From positions 164,349-228,348 of IMG/VR virus record IMGVR_UViG_3300025869_002060: a stretch of 64,000 nt of DNA; one strand, 5' to 3'. Positions 1 through 8,394 of the stretch are shown one piece after another. Numbering within the stretch: position 1 is the stretch's first letter; the number at the start of each line of letters is the position of its first letter. Both the position numbers and the translations under genes were made by a program. Below the pieces are notes generated by a model. It saw only the letters and a list, made by a program, of their open reading frames with translations, was not told the origin of the DNA and made no database searches.

Positions 1-32
1 ATCCACCAACAACATACAAGTAGGAGGCTACT

Positions 33-368
33 ATGAAGAAAACACTTGCCACAGTTGCATTAGTTGGCACCTTGATGATATCAAGTACTGCTCAAGCTGG
101 AGATAGAAACAACTGGATTGCTCCATTTGTAATTGGAACTATTATTGGCAACATACTGCACAATAATCAAGGACATACTACAACTTATGTTCAACCACAT
201 GTTACATATGTACAGCCGCCAGTGATACACGAAGTTAGGCCAGTTAGAAGACATGTACGTTGTGAGCGACACTGGGAAACTAGATATGATAGTTACGGTC
301 ATCCTTACCAAAGTTGGTATAAGGTTTGCACTCGTAACCACCGCAGACACAGTCATAGATACGATTAA
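33..368 (+). CDS. Small exported His/Arg-rich hypothetical protein
   Basis: GGAGG RBS; N-terminal signal-peptide-like MKKTLATVALVGTLMISSTAQA; basic His-rich C-terminus. Confidence 0.7.
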   Translation: MKKTLATVALVGTLMISSTAQAGDRNNWIAPFVIGTIIGNILHNNQGHTTTYVQPHVTYVQPPVIHEVRPVRRHVRCERHWETRYDSYGHPYQSWYKVCTRNHRRHSHRYD

Positions 369-382
369 AAGGACTGCAATAA

Positions 383-700
383 ATGTATCGACCATTGCCA
401 GACGGACTAACTATCCGTGATTCAAATGTACAAGGTCTTGGACTCTTTGCTACACAAGACTTTGTTGAAGATACGGTTTTTGGTATTGTACATATCAAAA
501 ACAAAAACTTTCCTCATGGTTATATAAGGACCGCATTAGGTGCTTTCTATAACCATTCCGAGGAACCTAATTGCAAAACTGTAAAAGGATTCTGGCATCA
601 AGTTCCTGTTGTATACCTTATGAGTACTAGCCCTATTCATGCCAATGACGAACTTACTGCAAAATATACTTTATACAACGATTTTAACGACATACCGTAA
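383..700 (+). CDS. Minimal SET-domain protein (putative lysine methyltransferase)
   Basis: SET motifs GLGLFA, YNHSEEPNC, ELTAKY. Confidence 0.85.
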   Translation: MYRPLPDGLTIRDSNVQGLGLFATQDFVEDTVFGIVHIKNKNFPHGYIRTALGAFYNHSEEPNCKTVKGFWHQVPVVYLMSTSPIHANDELTAKYTLYNDFNDIP

Positions 701-787
701 AAAATATTATTTTGGTTATCTAAATTGTAGACCTAAATAGGTTTATATGCTATAGTATATAAACAATCAACTTAAAGGTTTAGATGC

Positions 788-1417
788 ATGGACGACGAAG
801 CACTTATTAAATCTGTCAGGGTTACTGATAGGTCTGACAGCGATTTTATGGTGGGTAGAGAGATTGAACATACTCCAGCCTACAATATGCAAACTTTGTT
901 TTTGCCTAAAATATATCCAGTTAAATTTATTATGTCGGTTAAACCAAAACATTGTACACACCTTTACTTTGGTGCAAACAAAGGTTTTCCAGAAACTGTT
1001 GACTCTAAAGAGTTCAAGATATGGGAACTGACTGTACTTGCTTTTCTTAAGAAAGGCTTCTGGTGTACACTAGATTTTCAACCACACCATTGGAACTTGG
1101 TTATGAATTCCAAACTTATCAACGAACCGCGTTTTATTCCGTTGGTGTCTTTGGAAGTACCCGGAATTGAACGTGCAAATTATAATACTTGTATCAAACT
1201 TGACGACACAGGTATTGAAGCAACCAATGGTGGTGTATGGGTGCATGAACTTCACAACTTACGTACACGTGAAACATTTACACGTTGGGACGAATACCGA
1301 GGTGATAAGCATCATAAATTTTTAACTCAAGGTGTTAATGATCGTAAACGTGTTTATGGATTATGCATGGAAGACGATGTAATTAAAAACAAATCTACAA
1401 AGGAAGATGAACAATGA
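788..1417 (+). CDS. Hypothetical protein heading the 7-deazaguanine-associated cluster
   Basis: 209-aa ORF whose TGA overlaps the ATG of the QueD-like gene (ATGA coupling); no family recognised. Confidence 0.75.
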   Translation: MDDEALIKSVRVTDRSDSDFMVGREIEHTPAYNMQTLFLPKIYPVKFIMSVKPKHCTHLYFGANKGFPETVDSKEFKIWELTVLAFLKKGFWCTLDFQPHHWNLVMNSKLINEPRFIPLVSLEVPGIERANYNTCIKLDDTGIEATNGGVWVHELHNLRTRETFTRWDEYRGDKHHKFLTQGVNDRKRVYGLCMEDDVIKNKSTKEDEQ

Positions 1418-1848
1418 GCGCCAATGATAACATAGTCAGCTTAACTGGAAAAGGTATGGATAAGTCCAGCGAAGTTATTGGATTAGCAAAAAGAATGATT
1501 TGGGTTACTTTTACCAAAGAAGGTATGCATTGTTATCCTGCCGCGGCAACTGATCCTAACCTTGCCACTGGTGATGAATATGATGTAAGTTTTCTTGCTC
1601 ACCCACACAGACATATCTTTCATTTTCGTGTAGCTATTGAAGTATTTCATGACGATAGAGATATTGAATTCATTCAGTTTAAACGTTGGTTAATGAAACT
1701 GTTTGAAGGCGAACTAAACGTAGACTATAAGTCATGTGAGATGATTGCAGATGACTTATACAGAGAAATTGCAACCATTTATCCAGGACGTGATGTTACT
1801 ATTCATGTGTCTGAAGATGGTGAAAATGGTTGCGAAATTCAGTATTAG
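1414..1848 (+). CDS. QueD/PTPS-like T-fold protein (second QueD paralog)
   Basis: His-rich HPHRHIFHFRV metal-binding stretch, DRDIEF, SCEMIA and VSEDGENG motifs resemble QueD/PTPS T-fold enzymes. Confidence 0.7.
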   Translation: MSANDNIVSLTGKGMDKSSEVIGLAKRMIWVTFTKEGMHCYPAAATDPNLATGDEYDVSFLAHPHRHIFHFRVAIEVFHDDRDIEFIQFKRWLMKLFEGELNVDYKSCEMIADDLYREIATIYPGRDVTIHVSEDGENGCEIQY

Positions 1849-1852
1849 ACAC

Positions 1853-1881
1853 TTGACAAACTTGCTAGAACATATTACAAT
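1853..1881 (+). promoter_or_regulatory. Sigma70-type promoter
   Basis: TTGACA-17nt-TACAAT. Confidence 0.7.
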
Positions 1882-1925
1882 AATGAACTTCAACTTACTT
1901 ACACTCCAAAAGAAGGAACAAAACA

Positions 1926-2165
1926 ATGAAGTCCGAAGTCACAGCAATATTCGACGATCTCGATCAATACCGTCAGTTTTGTGTGCAGTTTGGGAGGCCC
2001 TATAATGAACGGGATCTCTACAATAAGTCCAACAATCACTATGTTGATTTTTTGGCATTCAAGGAAGGCAAACGAATTCGTAACCACTGGAATAGCCAGT
2101 CCAAGAAGAAGCGACCGTTTGTGAAAAAGAGCAATTATAAAATGGCCAAGAGGAAACATGCGTAA
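1926..2165 (+). CDS. Hypothetical basic protein
   Basis: 79-aa ORF downstream of a promoter, overlapping the next start. Confidence 0.7.
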   Translation: MKSEVTAIFDDLDQYRQFCVQFGRPYNERDLYNKSNNHYVDFLAFKEGKRIRNHWNSQSKKKRPFVKKSNYKMAKRKHA

Positions 2166-3339
2166 ATTATTCTATATGGGTTTAGAACCCTACGAAGGTC
2201 GATACACTTTACAACTTCAAGATTGGAGCACTGAAGTGTTCGACCGCCGGGGGATTGACTATGTTGTCGTTCCCGGAACTACAATAGATGACACTAAAGC
2301 AATTAGTGTTGGGCAAGTACTAGATGCACATGGTCGTTCATACTTTGGTATGAGTCAGTTGATGAACCTGGTACAGATGATGCGAAATGGAGAATGTACT
2401 GGTGAAGATGTTGTATTCTTTGAAGACATGTTTCAGCCTGGTATGGAATCATTACCTTATATCATGTGTCAGATACCAGAAGAGCAACGACCTAAGATTT
2501 TTCTACGTTGTTTAGCCCAGGCAATTGACCCAGATGACTTTGTTCATGTATGGGGTATGAGCAAGTGGATGTCATTGTACGAACAGATGTGCAACGAAAT
2601 TCCTAATGTTCATATTCTAGCAACCAATGAAGAGATGGTTGCACACATGAAGATTGCAAACTGGACTGCTCCAATTTATAACATCTCAGGTTTGAGTTTT
2701 GGTAAAGCAGAAGTTCAAAGACGTATTGATAACAAAATTAAACCGTGGACAGAACGTAGCGACAGAGTAGTATTTGCGGCTCGCTTTGACCAAGAGAAGC
2801 AACCAGACTTCTTTATGGATGTTATTGAAATGGTCAAAGAGAAAAGGCCTGATGTTGAGTTTGCAGTACTAAGTGGTGGTCCATTGCGTAGTAATAATGA
2901 AAAGTATTTGGATCGAGCACTTGCAATGCAGGCTGAAGGTAAACTTACAATACTGAAATACTTGCAAAAGAATGATTACTACTATACAGTAAATGATAGC
3001 AAAGTATTGTTTAATTGTGCATTGCAAGACTGGGTAAGCAATACTGTAAGTGAAGCAGATGCATTGGGTTGTAACGTGGTGTATCCTGCTTACAGAAGTT
3101 TTCCTGAAACGTTTGCAAATGATTATACACGTCTGTATACTCCGTGGAGCAAAGAAGATGCAGTAAGTAAAATCATGCAAGGTCTTTTGGAACCAAGTCC
3201 TAATATGGGTAAAATCAGTAACTGGACTGATGGTACTATTGATCGTATGATTGATATTATGGAAGGCAGTTACAAACACAATACTTGGTTACGAAGTGGT
3301 AACAGGTATCGTGATCATGTAGCGGAAGGGAAATACTAA
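2158..3339 (+). CDS. GT-B fold glycosyltransferase (GT4-like)
   Basis: C-terminal domain motifs VFAARFDQEKQP and NCALQDWVSNTVSEADALGCNVVYP. Confidence 0.8.
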   Translation: MRKLFYMGLEPYEGRYTLQLQDWSTEVFDRRGIDYVVVPGTTIDDTKAISVGQVLDAHGRSYFGMSQLMNLVQMMRNGECTGEDVVFFEDMFQPGMESLPYIMCQIPEEQRPKIFLRCLAQAIDPDDFVHVWGMSKWMSLYEQMCNEIPNVHILATNEEMVAHMKIANWTAPIYNISGLSFGKAEVQRRIDNKIKPWTERSDRVVFAARFDQEKQPDFFMDVIEMVKEKRPDVEFAVLSGGPLRSNNEKYLDRALAMQAEGKLTILKYLQKNDYYYTVNDSKVLFNCALQDWVSNTVSEADALGCNVVYPAYRSFPETFANDYTRLYTPWSKEDAVSKIMQGLLEPSPNMGKISNWTDGTIDRMIDIMEGSYKHNTWLRSGNRYRDHVAEGKY

Positions 3340-3340
3340 G

Positions 3341-4339
3341 ATGCCTGAAAACACCGTATTAATTACCGGCAGTGATGGCTACGTTGGTAGCCATGTTGCT
3401 AAAGCATTTAAAGATATCAGTTGGTATGTGTGCGGTTTAGATCGCACTGGTGCAAATGAAAATGCACGTTCATACTGTAACGAGTTTTTACGTGCTGATT
3501 ACGGTGAGAGTAAGGTCGTTGGAAAGTATATTGAAACTATCAAACCAGATGTTATTGTACATTGTGCTGGTACTAGTCTAGTAGGTCCAAGTGTTACAGA
3601 TCCGCATGCCTACTATCAGAACAATGTACTTGGTACAATCAATTTATTAGACAATATAATTAACGTACAAAAAGATAATTTACCTGTTGTGCTTTTTAGT
3701 AGTTCAGCAAGTGTTTATGGCAATCCCGAACAACTTCCAATCACAGAAGATAGCAAGATCAATCCTGTAAACCCATATGGTAATACAAAGTCAATAATTG
3801 AAACCATGCTCAAAGACTATGCTAGTGCATACGGATTGAACAGTGTATCATTTCGTTTCTTTAATGCCGCTGGTGCCAGTGAAGATCTTGGTCAAGTGTT
3901 TGGTGCTACTCATATTATTGCTCGCATACTTGAAGCCAAGTTACGCCAACGACAGTTTACTTTGTATGGTACAGATTATAAAACTGAAGATGGTACTTGT
4001 GTTAGAGATTATGTACACGTAAAAGATATTGCTCAGGCACACCTAAACGCCGTTACAAAATACACAGCCGTTGGTGCCAATGCATTTAATCTTGGCACTA
4101 GCAAAGGATTCAGTAACCAAGAGATTATTGATGCGGTGGTAGAACAAATTGGCGAATTCGAAGTAGAAAAAGGACCACGCAGAGAAGGTGATCCAGATAT
4201 GCTAATAGCCAGCAGTGATAAAGCAAAAACACAACTAGGTTGGGATCCAGTAAATAGTAACTTAGACACAATTATCAATGACGTATGGGCTTGGTATAAC
4301 GTACTACTAGAGAAACAAAAAGAGCAAGAACAGGCATGA
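3341..4339 (+). CDS. galE: UDP-glucose 4-epimerase
   Basis: TGSDGYVGSH Rossmann motif, FSSSASVYG, YGNTK (YxxxK), FRFFNAAGA, GTCVRDYVHV. Confidence 0.9.
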   Translation: MPENTVLITGSDGYVGSHVAKAFKDISWYVCGLDRTGANENARSYCNEFLRADYGESKVVGKYIETIKPDVIVHCAGTSLVGPSVTDPHAYYQNNVLGTINLLDNIINVQKDNLPVVLFSSSASVYGNPEQLPITEDSKINPVNPYGNTKSIIETMLKDYASAYGLNSVSFRFFNAAGASEDLGQVFGATHIIARILEAKLRQRQFTLYGTDYKTEDGTCVRDYVHVKDIAQAHLNAVTKYTAVGANAFNLGTSKGFSNQEIIDAVVEQIGEFEVEKGPRREGDPDMLIASSDKAKTQLGWDPVNSNLDTIINDVWAWYNVLLEKQKEQEQA

Positions 4340-4929
4340 GTTTTAGTCATATACAGGAGTTTGAGGAGCAATTAGCACTATATACTGGTGCCAAGTGGGC
4401 CGTAATGACAGACACCTGTACCAATGCATTAGAACTATGTTTTAGGTACGATGAAGTTAAAGAATGCCAGTTTAGTGCATATACCTACCTAAGCATTTAT
4501 CAGTTATTACATAGATTGGATATCTCTTATACACTTACAGAAGAAGTATGGAGAGGCCAATATCATTTTGAAAATACCCGTATTTGGGATAGTGCAAGAT
4601 TACTTAAAAAGAATATGTATCAACCAGGACAATTACAATGTTTAAGTTTTGGTTATGACAAACCCTTATATCTCGGTTGGGGTGGTGCGATCCTAACCGA
4701 CGACCCGGCGTTCTACAAACATACGATTCAGCAACGTTATGACGGGCGGAACCTCTCAGTTACTCCATGGGAAACAGAAATACTTCCACGTATTGCATTC
4801 CATATGAGACCTACCCCTGAGATTGCACTAGATGGACTAGAACGATTAAGGACCGGAGATATAAGTAAACTTCCACCAAAGGCCGCTGACGAATTATATC
4901 CAAATGGAAAAGATATAAAATGGAAATAA
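4336..4929 (+). CDS. Truncated DegT/DnrJ-like PLP-dependent protein
   Basis: FEEQLALYTGAKWAV, CTNAL, WDSA, SFGYDKPL (PLP lysine) and GGAILTDD; 197 aa versus about 370-400 aa for typical DegT proteins. Confidence 0.75.
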   Translation: MSFSHIQEFEEQLALYTGAKWAVMTDTCTNALELCFRYDEVKECQFSAYTYLSIYQLLHRLDISYTLTEEVWRGQYHFENTRIWDSARLLKKNMYQPGQLQCLSFGYDKPLYLGWGGAILTDDPAFYKHTIQQRYDGRNLSVTPWETEILPRIAFHMRPTPEIALDGLERLRTGDISKLPPKAADELYPNGKDIKWK

Positions 4930-4945
4930 AACCTAATATTACTAC

Positions 4946-4974
4946 TTGACAATAACTCTAAATAAAGGTATAAT
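4946..4974 (+). promoter_or_regulatory. Consensus sigma70 promoter upstream of the folE unit
   Basis: TTGACA-17nt-TATAAT. Confidence 0.85.
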
Positions 4975-4980
4975 AAGAAG

Positions 4981-5187
4981 ATGATAGACATTTATGCATT
5001 AATTATAGTATGTTCAATTGGACAACCATGTTACGAAGTAAGAGATAGAGTAGAAGAGTATACTACCATATCCGAATGTAAAAGTTCTATCGGACGATTA
5101 AAAAGGTTATATAATAGTACGATGGTTACCTGTCATAGAGGTAACATCTTAAGAGACAATCACGGACAACTACCAAAGTCCGCATAA
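4981..5187 (+). CDS. Small Cys-containing hypothetical protein
   Basis: 68-aa ORF with hydrophobic N-terminus and 4 Cys; ATG only 6 nt after the -10 box. Confidence 0.6.
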   Translation: MIDIYALIIVCSIGQPCYEVRDRVEEYTTISECKSSIGRLKRLYNSTMVTCHRGNILRDNHGQLPKSA

Positions 5188-5225
5188 TAAATGGCAATCC
5201 TCTGCCTTAACATCGGAGATTTTAA

Positions 5226-5924
5226 ATGAGTGAACTAATATCTAAAATTATCACAGATCGTGTAAAAGAATCAGGCGACCGCTACTGGGCTGGTGATAAT
5301 ATTTCTAAACATATCCATAACGAATACGAAAAACAAGATTTAATTAATGAAATTGCAGTAGCATTTGAAGATGTTCTTGATGCATTGGTTATTGATAGAT
5401 TCAATGACCCTAACAGTATGGATACTGCAAGACGTCTTGCTAAAATGTATATTAATGAAGTTATGAGTGGCAGGTACGACCCAATGCCTAAGGCAACAGC
5501 CTTTCCTAATCATGTAGATGATGGATACAAAGGTATGTTGGTTGTACGTTCAGAACTTAAAAGTATGTGTTCGCATCATCATCAACCAGTAAGCGGTGTT
5601 GCATACATTGGTATTATTGCCGCAGAAACACTAATTGGTCTTAGCAAGTATACACGTATTGCTCAATGGTGTGCAAGGCGAGGTACACTACAAGAAGAAC
5701 TTAATAATGTTATTGCTAACGAGATTCAAAAAGCAACAGGTAGTCCTAACATAGGTGTTTACGTTCAGGCCACTCATGGTTGTTGCGAAAACAGAGGCAT
5801 TATGGCACATAGTAGTTTAACACAAACAACTGTACTTAGAGGTGCATTTAGTGATGATCCAGGCACTAAGAAAGAGTTTATGGATAACATTAAACTGCAA
5901 CAAGAGTTTGCTTGTGGAAAATAA
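5226..5924 (+). CDS. folE: GTP cyclohydrolase I
   Basis: TARRLAKMY, SMCSHHHQP, GLSKYTRI, LQEEL, HGCCENRG; GGAG RBS. Confidence 0.95.
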   Translation: MSELISKIITDRVKESGDRYWAGDNISKHIHNEYEKQDLINEIAVAFEDVLDALVIDRFNDPNSMDTARRLAKMYINEVMSGRYDPMPKATAFPNHVDDGYKGMLVVRSELKSMCSHHHQPVSGVAYIGIIAAETLIGLSKYTRIAQWCARRGTLQEELNNVIANEIQKATGSPNIGVYVQATHGCCENRGIMAHSSLTQTTVLRGAFSDDPGTKKEFMDNIKLQQEFACGK

Positions 5925-6385
5925 AGAGCACAGTTTTTGGTGCTAGAAAGGAAGTTATGTTTTTAAAGTTACTTGATCGATTAGGTCGAAAAAGAATTGT
6001 TTACGATAGGTTGGATGACGAGCCTTATCTTGAACGTTACTATGTGTTTATTAAAGAAAGAAAACACTTTCCTTTCAATATTTTCCTACACAAATTTCTT
6101 AAAAGCGATCCAGATGATTTACACGATCATCCTTGGGGATATGCTACACTTATTCTTAAAGGTGGATATTGGGAGCATACCCCCGACGGAAAGTTTTGGA
6201 GAGGTCCCGGACATTTTAGAATGTGCAAGTCCAACAATACACACAGAATTGAACTAGACCCTGATGTTCAAGCCTGGACATTGTTTATGCCCGGACCACA
6301 AAGGAAAGACTGGGGATTTATCAAAGACGGTAAATGGATTCAACACGAAAAATATCTTTCATCTAGAAAAATGTTAAAGGAATGA
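5912..6385 (+). CDS. Cupin-fold protein
   Basis: LHDHPW...ILKGGYWE and later HRIEL cupin metal motifs. Confidence 0.7.
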   Translation: MWKIKSTVFGARKEVMFLKLLDRLGRKRIVYDRLDDEPYLERYYVFIKERKHFPFNIFLHKFLKSDPDDLHDHPWGYATLILKGGYWEHTPDGKFWRGPGHFRMCKSNNTHRIELDPDVQAWTLFMPGPQRKDWGFIKDGKWIQHEKYLSSRKMLKE

Positions 6386-6906
6386 CAATGAATAAACTCT
6401 ATATTGACGATACTCAGATTAAAAATGCATGTCATTCCATTGTAACAAAAATGTATAGAGATAACTTTAAACCTAAATACATTGTAGGAATTACACGCGG
6501 CGGGCTAGTTCCAGCTTTATACCTAAGTCATATGACTGGTATTACAATGCATACACTAGATGTTCGTTTACGTGATGGTGATGAACAAGAATCAAATCTA
6601 TGGATGGCCGAAGATGCATTTGGTTATCCTAATCAAGACAGTGGCGGACAAGGAAAAAATATTTTAATTGTAGATGATATAAATGACACTGGTGCAACGT
6701 TCAACTGGATTAAACAAGATTGGCCCTCAGGGTGCTTACCTAACGATCTTCGTTGGAATGAAGTATGGCATAACAATGTACGTTTTGCAAGTATTATTGA
6801 CAATATGGGTAGCAACTTCAAGGTTGACTATTCAGAAATTGAGATTAATAAATCCGAGGAGGATGTGTGGGTAGTATTTCCGTGGGAAGAACCTTTAAGG
6901 GTCTAG
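6382..6906 (+). CDS. Type I phosphoribosyltransferase (xanthine/guanine PRT-like)
   Basis: VGITRGGLVPA, PRPP-binding ILIVDDINDTGAT, C-terminal WVVFPWE. Confidence 0.9.
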   Translation: MTMNKLYIDDTQIKNACHSIVTKMYRDNFKPKYIVGITRGGLVPALYLSHMTGITMHTLDVRLRDGDEQESNLWMAEDAFGYPNQDSGGQGKNILIVDDINDTGATFNWIKQDWPSGCLPNDLRWNEVWHNNVRFASIIDNMGSNFKVDYSEIEINKSEEDVWVVFPWEEPLRV

Positions 6907-7109
6907 AAGGAAAATACAATGTGCATTATAACTTTGATGTGCGAGCAACTACCGATGGTGGAATTCCAGGTACGACAATTAACTGGTGTAAAGAAAATAT
7001 AACTAACGAATGGGGTTGGTACTTTGATCAAGACAATAAAGATATCGGGTACTGTACTTTTATTGATGAAAAAGACGCAATTTATTTTGCATTAAGGTAC
7101 TCAAAATAA
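6867..7109 (+). CDS. Hypothetical protein
   Basis: 80-aa ORF; W...W...F.DEKDA.YFAL pattern resembles 24101..24397. Confidence 0.6.
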   Translation: MGSISVGRTFKGLEGKYNVHYNFDVRATTDGGIPGTTINWCKENITNEWGWYFDQDNKDIGYCTFIDEKDAIYFALRYSK

Positions 7110-7678
7110 TGCTTGGATTTTATCCAAATTTTAAAATCACATGCAATGTAGATTGGACTGAACTGTCATTACGTGTCACTGACACGGCTATAAATTATGT
7201 TCACACAAACAAATACAAAGAAAATATATTATACGAAAGTGTAAACAGTATCGTAGCAAGTCTACCTACAGGTGGTTGGATAAGCAAGAGTGGTCCAAGT
7301 TTTGATTTCTTTGTAATGGGCGGAATACCCGAAACCGAAATATTAGATAATTGGTTTAAAAAACAATTTCCAAATTTAACATTTACCCCAGCAACAATTT
7401 GTTGGAGTAGTAAAAATGTTCCGTTGCACAGAGACAACATAAAGAACGGACAATCAAGTTTAGTATATCCTATATCAAATAATAGTGGATACGGAACTGT
7501 ATATAGCAACGATGCCAAGTTCACTTATGGTACCGAAAAACATAAACCTGTTGTAATCAATATAACTGTTGATCACGAGGTAGTAATTACTGAACCAAGA
7601 GTCTGGTTCAGTATTCATATGCAAGAACCAATTAAAATGGTTAAAGAAGTACTTGACAATTATGCAAATAACGTATAG
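7109..7678 (+). CDS. Putative 2OG-Fe(II) oxygenase-like protein
   Basis: PLHRD (HxD) plus distal His (VDHEV) in a beta-rich fold pattern. Confidence 0.5.
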   Translation: MLGFYPNFKITCNVDWTELSLRVTDTAINYVHTNKYKENILYESVNSIVASLPTGGWISKSGPSFDFFVMGGIPETEILDNWFKKQFPNLTFTPATICWSSKNVPLHRDNIKNGQSSLVYPISNNSGYGTVYSNDAKFTYGTEKHKPVVINITVDHEVVITEPRVWFSIHMQEPIKMVKEVLDNYANNV

Positions 7679-7706
7679 TATTAAATATTATAAAGGTGAT
7701 TTCTAA

Positions 7707-8198
7707 ATGACATACTACAGTACAAAAACATACGGACACAACATAGGACTAAGTGCAGTGTTCCGTCAACCAAATGCAGATCACTCACATTGCCATTTGT
7801 TACATGGTTATAGTTTGCAGTTTAAATTTACATTTGGTTGTTCTGAATTAGATAAAAAAAACTGGGCCGTTGACTTTGGTGGATTAAAACCACTCAAAGC
7901 ATGGCTTGAAGATAGCTTTGATCATAAGACAGCAATTGATATTGCTGATCCTCATAAACAAGAATTTTATGATTTGCAGGACAAAGACTTATGTGAAGTA
8001 AGAGAATTTGACGGGGTTGGTGCAGAGAAGTTTGCAGAACATGCATGGCGCTTTGCAGACAAACTCGTCAAAGAAATGACAAATGGACGTTGTTGGTGTG
8101 AGAGTTGTGAGTGTGCAGAACACGGGGCAAATTCTGCTATTTATTCTCCGTATGTCGTACAAAAAACCTCGTTCAAGGAGAACCATAATGAACAATAA
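7707..8198 (+). CDS. queD: 6-carboxy-5,6,7,8-tetrahydropterin synthase
   Basis: HCHLLHGY, WAVDFGGLK, FDHK, AEKFAEH, CAEHGANSA motifs. Confidence 0.9.
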   Translation: MTYYSTKTYGHNIGLSAVFRQPNADHSHCHLLHGYSLQFKFTFGCSELDKKNWAVDFGGLKPLKAWLEDSFDHKTAIDIADPHKQEFYDLQDKDLCEVREFDGVGAEKFAEHAWRFADKLVKEMTNGRCWCESCECAEHGANSAIYSPYVVQKTSFKENHNEQ

Positions 8199-8394
8199 AC
8201 TACTATTGGCATTGCAGGCAAGGTATCAAGCACAAAAGGCAGAAGGCCTTGCTAATATCGATGTCTACATGCAAAATCCAGCAGGTATTGGCGAGCATCC
8301 AGACATCACTGGTGCTATTGCTGAACAAATTGCTAAGATTGCAGAAGCAGACGATGGTTTGCTTGTGTTAGAAGAAAACTTCAGTGACAAGTAA
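8188..8394 (+). CDS. Small hypothetical phage protein
   Basis: GGAG RBS before ATG 8188 (the track start at 8083 is too far upstream); NPAGIGEHPDI motif. Confidence 0.75.
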   Translation: MNNKLLLALQARYQAQKAEGLANIDVYMQNPAGIGEHPDITGAIAEQIAKIAEADDGLLVLEENFSDK

